The position numbers and the translations under genes were made by a program. A stretch of 64,000 bases of DNA from Octopus sinensis (lineage: Eukaryota), in the NCBI RefSeq assembly GCF_006345805.1, contig NC_043000.1, positions 51,956,001 through 52,020,000 of the forward strand. Reading direction: 5' to 3'. The notes beneath the pieces are model-generated. The model was not told the DNA's origin. It worked only from the letters and a program-made list of their open reading frames with translations, and did not search any database. Position 1 is the stretch's first letter, and the number at the start of each line of letters is the position of its first letter. Positions 38,220 through 51,700 of this stretch are shown one piece after another.

Positions 38220-38480
38220 ATTACGGTTTCTTTTTGCAGCACATCCAAAGTTAACGTATTGAACAACAATCTTCGTTCATTGAACTATAAGAATCCACTT
38301 GACTGAAACTCCGCCAATTTTGAGAAGGCCAGCAAAACTTAGGGGAACTGCTTGAGGAGTTAAAGGACATTGCTTGTGACAAGTTACGGGTACTTCACCT
38401 CTTCTCTTCCTTTGACTAACTGATAGAATGAATTATACGCCAACTAACCTTGCTGACAAATGATTTCCACCCCAAATACG
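38220..38480 (-). pseudogene. Old RTE-like LINE APE endonuclease fragment
   Basis: Translations KVSWRIIHSI and WILIVQ; similar to 29170-29400. Confidence 0.38.
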
Positions 38481-39666
38481 TTTGAGGCAGTTAAGCCGGT
38501 AACTGAACAATCTTGGTTTAATCCTCCATATTTTATTATAACCGAACCTCTAAACTATAATTCTAAAATAGCCGAAGAGCACACATGCAGATAAAACGTC
38601 ATATTCATCCATTATTTTGTTTTGAATTCGAAGGTGCTCAATCACAACAAAACACAAACTAGTTTGATCTTCCCTTTTGCTACAAACTGCCTCACTGTTT
38701 GTTTGTACACTACCATACTACGCGAAAACGTATCAATCCATTTTAACCTAGGTTATCAGTCTCTTGAAAACATGTAGAGTGTATTGGCAAAATATACTAG
38801 GATCAGACATGCTATCAACCCTGGTGTGCGTCAAAATTCGAGTAGAGCCCTTGCAATCTTTAGTAAATTAACGCGTTCTGTAACTTGTAACAACTGCTTC
38901 TACGAATGAAAAGCATTTAAATATCTCTTACTTGGAACATGACAGACCAGATTCCTCCAGCCGTTGATAAGTGTAGCAGCATCTCATTGGGAGACCTAAA
39001 CTTATATTTTGTGACGGTTCTATCGGTGGGTTGGTACATTAAATCCATAAAGCTGATTCAGTTCACAGTAGAAGCCAAATTACTTCTTAGTTGACCTTTC
39101 AGAAGATATGTGTGTCCCGTCACTTACTCATTCTTTTGTATATTCTATAATTACTCAAGCCTTGAACCTACGTAAGAAATCAATACCACATCACTATTGA
39201 TTTTAAGAAAATTCTTCGTTCATTACACCCTAGTTTATGTTCGTTTCTAATAGCAACAAATACTAGCTGGTATCCACATCAAACGATCCCCGAAAATAAA
39301 GAATCTATTATTATTTCGCTTAAGAACAACCGAATAAATAAATATATAGAAAAATAAAATGAAATAAATATGCAGAGCAGAAATGCAAGAGAATCAAGAA
39401 GAATTCAAAGAGAAGTGGAAAAAAATCAACGAAAATGATTTTAGAAAACAAAAGCCAGATTTATCAGTAGGAATATTTTTTAAACTCCCTTACTACTAGC
39501 AACATCGCAGCTATTAGATCTCAGATAAAACGTGAAGTTCTTATTTTGTAATTAATGTTATTACTGCCATAACAATTTCTGCCTTAAAATTACTACACTT
39601 CCATTGTCTTGCAGACGAGAAAGCGAAAAGAAAAATATATGCAAAAACAAAAATCAATAAATACTG

Positions 39667-39708
<42 letters not shown>

Positions 39709-41534
39709 ACACACATATACATATATACGTGCATGTGAGTGAATAAGCAGAGTCATTATTTCATGTAGGATATTTTGCAATATTTGTTGCATTTGTCATG
39801 GATTTGTGTTCTGATTTCGAATTGCATCGGGATCAGCTTCGACCTTTATCCTTTCAAGATTGATGGATAAATTACCAGTGTGGAACTTTAGTTACTTCTT
39901 CCTAATCCTTTCTCTCTGAAAGGAATCAGCTGTCGTCAAACCACTTGTGTTAGGTCTCAAACGCTGAAAATATGATATACCATGGCAGTGTTACTACGAT
40001 ACACTCTACTTTATTGATGGCGGAGTACAATACAAGGTATATGTGGAAAGATCAGTTCCGAAAAATACATAAAAATGTAGCGAATATTGAGAAGTAAATT
40101 TCACCACGTAACGATTTAATCAAGTTGCCTGATGTTTGTTGGGCGAGTTAACAATGAAATTTTATGAATACCAAAGAGCGGAAAATGCACAGAAAAGAGC
40201 AAAATGAGGGAATTCTCACGAATATATTATGCACAACCCTTTTAAGCTCATGAAAGTCTTGCTTGAACAAAGAAGGAGTCCTTAAATATACCTGAAGAAC
40301 TTGAGGGCTATCATTACAGTTGTTTCTCGGACTCCGTTCAGAGATTCACTTTCTCCTGCGCTCGGCTATGAGTTGTTCAACATGAGCCCGTGACCAGGTT
40401 CAATCTTTCTGATTTAACAGTCAAACAAGAGGGATCATTCGTGAGGAGGGTAAGATTAACAAATAGGTTTACAGACATAGCCCAGGCGCCCTCAGTGTGT
40501 TAATGAACTTACTGGAGCAAAAACTCGTGGAGTAAAGAGCCGAGATACTGGACTGGAGCTTCGTAGGTCTGCAAGTGCCTAGGGAGCAAAAAATATATCT
40601 TTTTTAGCGTTGCTGGTATTCCTCCTCGATGTGAAGTGAAAGGTGTTTTATAAAAAATTGACAAAGTAAGTTGATCAGGGTCCTTTGTACTGAATATACT
40701 GTTTGGCACATCAGTTCAGAAAACCGCAGCCCGGGATTTCTAAGCTGTCTATGCGTAGATGATCTGGAGTTTCACTCAGCATGCCACAAAGGAACGAAAA
40801 TATCTTCAAGTTATTTGGCTTTTCCTGGAAAATGCTTATGGGTCAGTACGTTATACGTGTATACATAAAACATTGCTTTTGCATTCCTCCGAAATGTGAG
40901 AAACTTCCCAATTCAGCATTTTGGGACAGTAATCATGTGGTTTACCAGCAAAATGGTAATGAGCAGTTGGTGGATACACGAAATGCGCATCAGGATGGTA
41001 TGCATATTTTCCTCACTTCTGTTTGTGATATATAAGGAATTGGTATTGAGAGGCGTAAAGAGATTCTGAGAGAGAAAGTAAAGACCAGCGGAAACTTAGT
41101 TATGTCACCACCGTCTGCTTCTATGGACGATATAACCACTATAGTGAAAATAAGGAAGCAAAACCTTTATTGGTGAACTTAGATTAACTTTTCATGCAAT
41201 GTCAACTGTACACCAAAGTAAAAATAAATATCTATATGTGTACGGTCACATATATATGTGCACATATAGGTGTATGTGTGTGCATGTATGTGCTTCCCGC
41301 GAGTGTGAGTGAGCCCATGCATATAGGCACATGTGCGTGGATGTGCGTGCGCGCATGTGTATGTACATGCGCGCATACGCGAATTCTATGAGCTTTTTTC
41401 ACTTTCTCCCCTTCGGGATTTTTCCCTTTATTTAGCGGTCATTCTCATAGCTCTTTTGTTTGTCTTAATAACGGTCATCTTCATAGTAATTTCCCTTTGT
41501 TTAACGGTCATTTTCATAGCATATTTTGTTTGAC

Positions 41535-41598
41535 TTAATAACTGATGAGATGCCGGAGCAGTTTTTCGCCCCGACATCCGAAACTCGGAGTTTTATTA
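41535..41598 (+). ncRNA. Type I hammerhead ribozyme, near-intact
   Basis: Stem I UAAUAA/UUAUUA, CUGAUGA at 41542, 11 bp stem II with 2 mismatches (GAUGCCGGAGC/GCCCCGACAUC), GAAA, ACUCGGAGU stem III, GUU site. Confidence 0.68.
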
Positions 41599-41729
41599 TG
41601 GCAACCGAATAATTGTCACATTATATTACCGATAAATTCCTCTATGTACATAATATCGATGTCTCATTCCTTCTTTTGTTGCCATGCTATTATATATATA
41701 TATATATAATTTATTTATTTTTTTTTTTG

Positions 41730-42539
41730 CAGACACGCGCAGTTGTACAGTTGATTGATATGTTTGTGCAATATTGTCCGAATGTTAAGATACTTTTTAG
41801 ATTATACAGACCGGAATAAATATCTTAGAAAACGCCCCAAAATCACGTTTTCAAGCAAGATGAAAATCACCTGTGCTATCATTTTCTATACACGTTTGCC
41901 ATAAAATCGTTTACAACTTAGATTTAATCAATAGGACAGCATGCCAGTACATGAAGCTCAACAAGTAAAAATCCCGCACCGAAAATTTACCTCCGCTATT
42001 TACAACGAAATATTGATCCTTATTGAAAATGCAGTACTCTTCATGTTTATCAAAGATTCCATACAACTTTATTTGGTAGCTGCCAAAACCATTGTCACTT
42101 GTGCTCAGATATTTTCATTTTTATGAATTCCCTCTTATCCCAGGAAAATATGCCAGAATTATGTTTCCTAGCATCATCAACATGTACGAAAGATAGTACT
42201 TAAAGGTTGCCATAGCTGGACAGTCAAGTCTATGTTCTGTCTTTCTCTGTTGCAAGTTCAGGTACTGCTCTAAGAAGATATTTTCATCATGCTCGTAGAA
42301 GAGGAAATGTTGCCTATCGCAGAGTTCTTGGTGAATGAAACTTTTGTTAGAATTGCTGCTTTACGTGTTGCGTAATAATTTAAAATCACAAATAAAATTC
42401 ATAAAGTAAAATATAAAGAGTATTTTAGTAACAAATTAATATTACCAATAGATGCATTCTCTAAAAAATAACAGAAACCCGAAAAAAATTATCAAGTAAA
42501 AAAAAAATATATATGCAAATATTAAAACAAATCAGTAAC

Positions 42540-42571
<32 letters not shown>

Positions 42572-42601
42572 CACTCGTGCAACGCCGGGTACCTCAACTA
42601 G
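41730..42601 (+). mobile_element. Helitron remnant with Rep-helicase fragments and 3' end
   Basis: FTSAIYNEILILIE resembles the RepHel NEALILIED segment; terminus ctcgtgcaacgccgggtacctcaaCTAG|t. Confidence 0.65.
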
Positions 42602-44879
42602 TGCGTTTATGTGGGTGTACGTATTATGATGAAAATATATAAAGTCTGTCTCGAAATAACGTGTTTTTCTTTAATTCGAACTGAAGTATGCAACAAAATT
42701 TCTTGCTATTCTGTCAGTTTATATTTTTCAGAAATCATAATCACATATTTTTTTATGAAGTTTTAGGACAGATTCATGTAGAAAAAAAAATCAATAGGAT
42801 AAATAAATAAGTACTGAGTGAAGAAGAAGAAGAAGAGAGAGAAAGAGAGATAAATAGTCACGCGTTTACGAAACACTTGGCTTTGCGGCTGTTTAGTGGG
42901 AGGGTAAGGATAGCAAATTGATACAATGAGACCAAATCCCACTGCATTGTTATCTCGTGTTCAGCGTTCAATACTAGTCGGATTCCAATTTATGCAACCT
43001 TCTCGAGGGTCGGTAAAATAAAGCGTCAGAAATAGTCTAATTTTAAAACCTTTCGTCTTTATTATGTATGTGTAACATAGCTACACATTCATACTATGAA
43101 ATATCTGTCACTGGTGTGTATAATAAGATGACGAAAATGACCATGACAGTACCAGACTACATGCACTGGCTCCGGAACTAAATTTGGTTAGGAGATGCAA
43201 ACCCAGGTCCCAAACTTTTTTTGTTCACTAACAAGGTCTTTTTTTAATTTATCTTTGTTCATTGAAAAGAAACCTAACTTCAAGCTACTTTTTACATGCG
43301 GTTTTCTAAACCCGAGGAAAGTAAATAGGGCTGCACATTTTGATACCTCATCTCCAACAAAAAAAGGATTTAGAAGATGCAATTGCACCCCCTGCAACCT
43401 TACTCCCAGGACAGTGGCTACATGTTATGAGTAATTAAGCTTCATCTCACTATGTTCTGTTTAAAATATCCTGCTGAACTGGATTTGTATTTTATCTGTT
43501 CGAAGGGAGAAAAATTAGGATTTCTTTTACCTTCACGTAAAGTTGCGAATTTCTATAAAATACTTAAAATTTCATTGAATCGGTTGGCAGTAAATTGGCT
43601 CATGAAAGCAAAATGAAAAGAAAACTCAAAATTAAATTCTATGTTGACATACATTAGTCTCCAAAAACAACTAATTCCCTTGGGCTTCCCTAAACCGAGC
43701 CTCAGATTCTTAGAAAGTGGTAGTAGATATTACTGCAGTCTTATTCACATACATTATGAAATGCGATAAGATTTTAGGTCCCGTGTTCAACTCTTCTCGT
43801 GATGGGGAGAACTCTTGCACCATCTATTTCAGTGGAGATGGATAATACCATATAAAAGACTAAAATATTAACAGTTGATTCAAATGACCTAATAACTAAC
43901 TTAAGAATTTACTAATATGCAGTAGCCAATTCAGATGTATTCATTTCTTTTGATATAGTTAAATTTGATTATACAACAAATATCTCCTTGGGATCGACAT
44001 TGTTTATATTTTCATTCGCAGTTTAGCTAATGTTGCAATATTTGGTAATTTCACAACAGCAACACTAAACCGTCTACGCAGATAAGCCGCTTTCCTGGTA
44101 ACACATTACAGTTAATTATATATAACGTGGCAGCTGTGACAAAATGCCGGTAAGCAACAAAAGGACCGTTGTGGCTTTCGTGTCAAAACTCCCTTGTAAG
44201 CTTCGATTTCGAATTTTATAATAGATGTTTTAATTGCGCTTAGAAACTTGCCTCACATCAGACATTTCAAAAGCATTCTGTCACCTCTCTGTCACTCCCA
44301 TTGAGCGACAATTCTCATACAAATCTGGGTCGAAATACAAATAACAAACTAACACCAATGAATATGTTCACTTAAGAAATATCGTTGTCTTAATCTGCCA
44401 TCTGCAAATTTCAACATTTTGTTTCTTTTTTTTATCACTACTGATAGAAGCTGATATATATGTATGTAGAGAATTTTTTTTTCAGAGGCTGTGAAGATTT
44501 TAGAACATTTATAAATAGGTCTTACAGCTGTTTCTAGGATATTTACTATATCCCTCCATCGGAGATGGTGTGAGAAAATGGTTAAACAATACTTAATAGA
44601 CATAAATTACGAAATAGAGAGTGAAATGGAGGAATGAAAATAGATGTGAGATATGCAGAGATACTGCATTTGTAGATACATTATTTAGGCAAAATGGTAT
44701 ACGTATAAGATTCCAATTTCTTGTGAGTAAAATCCTATAGTATCTAAAATAAGTCATTCCAAGTATAGTTTCTACAGAATGCTATTGAATCAAGGGTTTT
44801 ATATTCATTTATATGTATATATATAAAAATATATATGTGTATATATACTTGTATATATATGTGTATATATATATATATA

Positions 44880-45080
44880 TCAGTATTTGCCCCATTGCTG
44901 TTTGATAATCAGTGTTGGTGTGTTTACGTCTCCGTAACTTAACTGTTCTACAAAAGAGATCGATAGAATAAGTACTAAGTTTACGAAATAAGTCCGGGGG
45001 GGGGGCGATTTCTACGCCTAGAAACCCTTCAACGCGGTGCTCCAACATGGACGCCTCAAAATGACTGAAACAAAAGAACA
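44880..45080 (+). mobile_element. SINE family A 3' half
   Basis: gtgtttacgtctccgtaactt, gatagaataagtactaag, gcggtgctccaacatgg. Confidence 0.7.
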
Positions 45081-46929
45081 TCTCAAGGTTATATACATGA
45101 AATGAAAATATGTCCTTGTTAGATTAAAAAGATAAAATGTTAAGATTTATGGAAAAAAACATACTTTATAATATTCAGTTGTGTATCTTTATATTCCATG
45201 TTCATTTCTCATTATGGTCAATTTTGCAATAAAGAACATACTAATGAAACAGTACTTACTAATCGGCCCTCTGCTAAAAATTCGCGCCATCACGCTTGTA
45301 TTACACATCACAATTGCGGTTAGATTAAGTATTTCTTTTCCTCTCTCACTAGTTTTGAAGTGAAAATATTTACTGTACGGGATATTACAGAAAATACAGC
45401 TTTAAGTTGTAAGGAAGCATTACTTGATATAAGGGAGTGGTGATTACTTTAAAAAAGAAACGAGAAGCAACTGGGCTTAGCCACGTATAAATTGACTATA
45501 GTAATTAAGTCACAAACTAAAAAAAAATAAAAAGGAATGGAGACATTATGAGAAAAAAAGTAAAGCAAAGGGAGATAAGAAATGTGAGGAAAAGCAACGA
45601 AAGTCATTGATTTGCAAATAAGGTATAGCACTAAAAAAGAAAGAAAAATCTTTCACATTGGTTGGCACTGAAAATTTCGTGAGGGGAAAAATGAAGTACT
45701 ATGAATATTAATTTGGTTCACGTAATGACAACAGTAAAAACAGTTTATCTCTTCACCAGAAAATAGAATAAAGTCACGTTATGGGAAATGGAAACATTCT
45801 CCGAAGATAGAACTATCGAGAATATTTAAAAAAATGAAAGAAAAAATATAGAAATGAGCAATAACGTACTCCTCGGATACATTATTTTCTTGCAAAGAGA
45901 AATCCAAATATGGTGATGGTAATATCTCGATTAATCAAATATGGGCACTGTCACGTCACGCCTATGCTTACAGGCTTATAATCACGTATATATGCAATAT
46001 CCTCATTGAATTGATCAGAAATACACGCTCTTATTTTTTTGGAATACTTAGTCGTTGGAGAGTCAAATATATGAAGTAACATACTAATCATTGTCGTATA
46101 TAGCACTAGGGAACAATTGTGAACATAATTTCCGTTGAGTTCAATTTTTCACTTGCTTTAGACGAAAACTGGCATGCTGATTTCAAAACTGCAGCCAGTT
46201 TTCTTCTATCACGTCAACTTTTTTTTTCTAAGGATTAATTCTCTGAATAAGCACAATTGTATTATTTGTCCGTGAGTAATAGACCTGGTCAACTGATTTC
46301 TTTTATTATTTTATTGATAGGAAGTGAAAAACACAGCAGCCAATTCTCAGTTTCAAATCTCGCTCTAAAAAATAAGTCACGATTATTGACCAATCATTTG
46401 CCTCAGCTGGTCTTCAACCCTTCTGAGAACAAAGTTCCTGTTTCAAGATGAATGCTGGGAGCTGACTTGGTGCTAAGATGTATGACATTAACTGAATGAG
46501 GTCAAGATATGGTAGTGATTAGTACTATACTGCAGATGATTCGAAGTTAAAAGCCAAGAAAACAGATCTGTGCAGTGAAGGTAAGATGGCCGTTCATTCA
46601 CTTTAAAAGTGAATGTACTGTTGGTTTGAAGTGTGGAGGGATTCCGTCCTGGGGTTTGATGCCTAAATTTCTACCCTCCGCTTTTTTCTAATGGAGTATT
46701 TGTGTGAACGTATCTGTTCATTTTTGGATGCATATCCATTCACATTTATGTGGAATAGTCAGTTATCTGGGATAGTTGCTACAGGACTCTGTAGCCGCAC
46801 TATATATGTGATTACTATTGTATTTTGCAAATAATTCTGTATGTAAGGGGTTAGCAAACTTTATTTAAGCATTTGTTTGTTTTTCTTAGCTTGTGATAGT
46901 TCAACATAGTTTTTATTACCGACCTTATT

Positions 46930-48130
46930 TCCTTTCTTTCAGATCATGTTTTCTTCTGCTTCTTCTCATCGTAAGTGCTTCAACAGCCCTGATTCCTTTT
47001 GCAATATCTATGGCAGTTTCACAATTCACATTTAAAGAGCAAGCATCCACGCATTCGTGAAGCCAAGCTACTCTACATATTTTAAAGTAAAAGTTGATCA
47101 AGACAAGTCTTGAGCCCATCCCCCCCATCCACAAGGTGTGCGAACAGTGTTTCGAGTGTTTAGAGATGTGGACCAAAGGAACATATGATAAGTTGGCATT
47201 TCGTATGCCTATGATTTGGCGAGGTCATTGCACAGGCTTTTAGATTCATTTAGTGAAAACTTCAGGATATAAGAAGAGAAGCAAATGTAAAATCGAGTAC
47301 CCTAGTCTACTATCAAATATACATCCAGTTGTTCATTCAGCTGAAATTCCTTTGCCATTTTTCTTCCAGCATTCCTCTTTTGAAGAGGTGAATCAGGATG
47401 AAAAAGTCGGTGACAACAGTGATGCAGATAATAAAATTGAAGACGAATCACTTTGTAAGGGGTTTGATCAACACGATTTGGCATGAGATTTGGGACGATC
47501 TAAAAGGCTTCAGAGCTCCCAGCATCAATCTGAAAAAGGAAAACTTACTTGAAAAAGGAGCAAATATATCCTACTTTCGATCCAGAGAAAGTATATTTCT
47601 GCAGTACTTTCGCAGCTGTTTATTGAAGGCTCAAAGCGGAGATGAAAACGTGTCACCTCCTACAATGGCAATTTATATTCTGTAGTCCCAATTTGGCATT
47701 TAGTTTGTCTTCATGAAGGATATGAAGACATAAAGAGAACCATTGAGTTCTGATATCACAAACACAATTGGATCATCGGCGTTGACCTGAAAATGGCATG
47801 CTCCTTTCTTGGTTATCATTGCAGGTATAGCAAATATCCCTGTTTTCTGTGCATATGGAACAGCAGAGCTTTAAAGAAGCATTAAGTGGAGAGGAATTGG
47901 ATTTCTAAGATCTGACCTGGTGATCCCAACATTCTAAATGGTCCACTTGTTGACATAATGAAAATTATATTCCTACCTCTGCACATGAAAATCATGAAGG
48001 AACGGTATCGGAGTAGATGGAATGTAAATATGGCTATTGCTGGAGCCCAGAAATTGCCCAGACTGAACACTAAAAAAATCTATTAGCGTAATTTTTTTTA
48101 CCTCAGCTACTTGAACATTAATTGACTCAT
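46930..48130 (+). mobile_element. Chapaev-like (CMC) DNA transposase remnant
   Basis: DQDKS*AH..HKVCEQC...MPMIWR; VDLKM..FLG...KYPCFLCIWNSR; PLV..KIIFLPLHMK. Family assignment from remembered motifs, not searched. Confidence 0.65.
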
Positions 48131-48509
48131 AGTAACTCAACGAAAATTTCTTCACAGTCCAGTTATTTATTGAATAGATATATGATAGAGTGGATGCAAT
48201 TGCTTAAATCACTGGATATGGCTGCTTATAAATCGCAAGTTTTTCGTGAAAATGTCCATGAAAGCCAGTTTGCGTCTTCTAAAGAGAAGCTCGTGATAAA
48301 GTTACTAGCAAAAGATCTGCCAAAAATAATATATATTTTATGGGCACTTCCTGTCAACACGGATGTAGAATACGTCAAGAGAAACGATGAAGGTGGCGCT
48401 TTTGTTTGGTTGTAAATGCAAAACGCAAGATATTACAATATCTATATTGGTTCCTTAAAGACACTTTTTATAGCGGTACAGTAGATTAAATCGAGTTCAG
48501 AATTTACTG

Positions 48510-48752
48510 CTACTTTATATTAATCACCCGGGAAGGATGAAAGGCAAAACTTGGTGGGATTTGAAGTCAGAACCTAAAAAGTATACATCTCAATATAGAT
48601 TTCAAATTTTGGCACAAGGCCTGCAAGTTCGAGGGAGGGCTAAGTCGATTATGTCGATCTCAGTGCTCTGCTCAACGGGTACTTATTTTATCGTTTCTGA
48701 AAGGATGAAAGGCAAAGTCAACCCTCGGTGTCATTTGCCAGCTTGCCGCCTT
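48510..48752 (-). mobile_element. SINE family B fragments
   Basis: ggatgaaaggcaaa occurs twice; gccagcttgccgcctt end. Confidence 0.65.
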
Positions 48753-49739
48753 GGCACACATCTAAATATTGCAAGTCATTTAGCTTTTATTTCACAGATT
48801 CAGCTAACTCACTATCTTTTATATTGGTTACTGGTGGTTGAAAAGAACAGCCGACGACATGACTCGTTATATATAATTTCACCCCTTTCGGTTTTGTGCT
48901 CACATTCCACCATGTCTAAATTTGCCCTAAACATTCATCAACTCCACTTCCGATATCACCTGGATGAAAAAATATTATTCATGATATTGGAGTCGTTTTT
49001 ATAATCAGTTATGATTCGCTTTGCCAAAATGTGTGGTACTCTGTTAAAAATTATATTTATTCCACTTGTCCAGGACTATTTCGCTTTTTTGAAACTGATA
49101 GCAGTTTTAGAATACTTTGAGGAAACTGATGTAAAAATGAAGTAAGCTTATTTTTCTAAAGTAAAGTTTAGTTCCTCTGCACTAGAGGCTAAAATTACGA
49201 AATTACACATTTTTGGCCGAAGGTATTTATTTTTCGTTTCAAGTTAATTCTATACAAAGCCCTATATGTCACAATCACATTGTGAAAGAATTGGAGAATA
49301 GAATTGAAAGGTAATCGGCTAATAATAAAAACAGATATCTAAAGCAAGCATAAAGCCTGCAGCAATGTATAACGAAAGATAACGTTCCCCATATCAAATT
49401 CCTGAAACAGTCATCGTATCAACTTATTTGCTGAGCAAGGTTGTAAAGTGGATAAGCTTTTTCCTACTATTGTTTCTTATGAAATCTTGCAAAGCATTTT
49501 CCCAAGTGTTCATGAGATTTGAAAACATGATTAACTACTCGTTACGTCTAAAAGAGATTTTATGAAACTGTGAAAATGATATTGGAAAAATTAAAATACT
49601 TCTAGCACAATTCGATATGTGAAAAGTTAAAAGTTATTTGCGTAGTTCAGGGCCAACTAATCGGTTGTATTGTAATTTCACAGTGAGCTGTGAAATCTTG
49701 CATTCATTAAATTCAACTCTTCTCTTATAAATAACTGCA

Positions 49740-50400
49740 TTTTTTCTTTCCAGGAAACTGATATCGGAAAGATTCCTAACTTAAGATGTGTCTTGGGTTC
49801 ATCCCTTTGAACCAGACATAAAAAGATAATCCATGGAGTGGAAAAACTCCTCCCCACTCGTCCCAAAGAAGGCCAAAGTATTTCCAACTGCAGAGAAAAT
49901 GATGGCCTAAGTTTTTGGGTATGTAAAGCATAGTGTTTATTGAACATCTTCAAATAAGCCACAACATTAATGGTGAATATTATGCCAACTTGCTGAGGCA
50001 GTTACGAAAGGTTATCAACATCAAATGCTCAGGAAAACTAACGAAAGGAGTCTTGTTTCATCAGGACAGTGTTCCAGTACACAAGTTTTTTGTTTCAATG
50101 GCTGTTGAGAGTGACTGTGGCTTTGAACTGGCTGATCAGCCAACTTGATTATCATCTGTTCTCTAACACGAAAATACACTTGGCCTGGAACCAGTGTCTG
50201 TGATGATACCATCATATGTGTACTGTTGATTCTTTTCGCCAACAAAATGAAAGCTTCTTCAATAATAGGTTCCAAGCACTGTAACACCGATGTGTTGACC
50301 GCAGTGGGGAGGGAGATACTATGTTGAAAAATAAACCTCATATGGTCACATCTCATGAGAGTAATTTGGTTAGCCTATGAACCTTTCAGGTCACCCTCGT
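49740..50400 (+). mobile_element. Mariner transposase remnant with right TIR
   Basis: WVHPFEP...SMEWK...PKKAK; INGEYYANLLRQLRK...KGVLFHQD; end acctttcaggtcaccctcg-ta. Confidence 0.85.
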
Positions 50401-50689
50401 AATCGATTTACCTCCTTCCTCGGAAGTGCTGGTCTTGTCACAAAATTTAAAGCTGGTATTAGGGACTCACTTTGTTCATGCACTACCGGGAGAGAACAAA
50501 TAAAACAGTAGCAGTGCTAAGTTGTGATAAAGAGCAAACGAACTTTCGGTAAGTTCAAGTATGTTTGGGACATATCTTACCTTCTAAAGGCGAATTCACG
50601 ACAGTTTATCTAATGTTAGTTTATTTCTCATCACTATTTAGCACTACTGTTTTTGCTCTGACAAGGCAGTCCAAAAGCGCAAGTGATTC

Positions 50690-50922
50690 ACTAATATGGA
50701 TTTCATACTTTGACGCAAGGCTAACAATTTCGGGGGAGGGGCTGACTCGATTACATCGATTACATCGATCTCAGTACTCAACAGGTATTTATTTTATCAC
50801 TCCCCGAAAGGATGAAATGCAAACACAACCTCGGTGGGATTTGAACTCAGAACCTAAGGAAAGGCAAAATGCGTGACAGCATTTGGCCCGGCATGTTAAC
50901 GATTCTGATACATCACCGCCTT
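50690..50922 (-). mobile_element. SINE family B, diverged
   Basis: ccccgaaaggatgaaatgcaaa, gggatttgaactcagaac, catcaccgcctt. Confidence 0.65.
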
Positions 50923-51154
50923 ACATTGAATCACTAATATTGAGTGCTTTAAGATAAAGCTATGGCTTTATAATCAATCCAGCGGTATCTCTCTGCGGTA
51001 TCTCATGCTGAGGAGGGCTAAAGAGACAGAAATGCATCTATGTGTCCGCTAGGGGAAGACACTGATCAGATAAGGTGTTTTACACCTTTTACCATAAACG
51101 AGATTTTTTCTCCACGTTAAACTGCTGGGAATTTGCCTTGTAGAAGTTAAAATA

Positions 51155-51700
51155 CAGTGATCCCTCGCTACTTCGCGGTTCAACTATCGCGTATTCACGA
51201 TTTCGCGGATTTAAAAAATATATATATATATATGAACGGCTAAAAGTTTTCATTAAATCCATTAAAATATTAATAATAAATATTACTTCCTAGTCTAGGA
51301 ACAACAAAACAAGCGTAAAATAGCAAAAAGCATATACAGGGGTATTTGAACTTAAGACGGGTTGTGATTGGTGCAATGGAGAGTGACGACGAATCACAGC
51401 TTTCTATTTTGTAAACTGGCCTGTGTAACAGTAACAATCATTATTTTTAAAATTCTAAAGTGTTATTGCTTAACAGTTGTCCTTGTTATTAATAGACTAC
51501 TGTATGTATGTATGCACACGCACACAAAATTCCAACATTTGTCGTACATAACGTTTTGTTTTTTTTTCCAGCATATTCTCGTGTATTTGTTGTGTGTATA
51601 TGTTGCCTTGTCCTGCGATACCATAAATTCACTGTCTGACGATTCACTCTTCTAATTTTTTGCTTGTTACAATTTTCAATAAATCTCTCTCACCGACCCT
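51155..51700. mobile_element. Pogo/Tigger-like element remnant
   Basis: ta-cagtgatccctcgctacttcgcggtt terminus with CpG-rich subterminal repeats; right boundary uncertain. Confidence 0.5.

Noticed and set aside
40200-41050. Non-repetitive stretch possibly encoding a LINE endonuclease on the - strand
   Set aside because: Only a vague LSET...LEIPG resemblance; too degraded to call without a search.
46536-46580. 45 nt AG/GT-bounded open segment (+), possible exon
   Set aside because: Good donor but weak pyrimidine tract, no recognisable protein and no partner exons.
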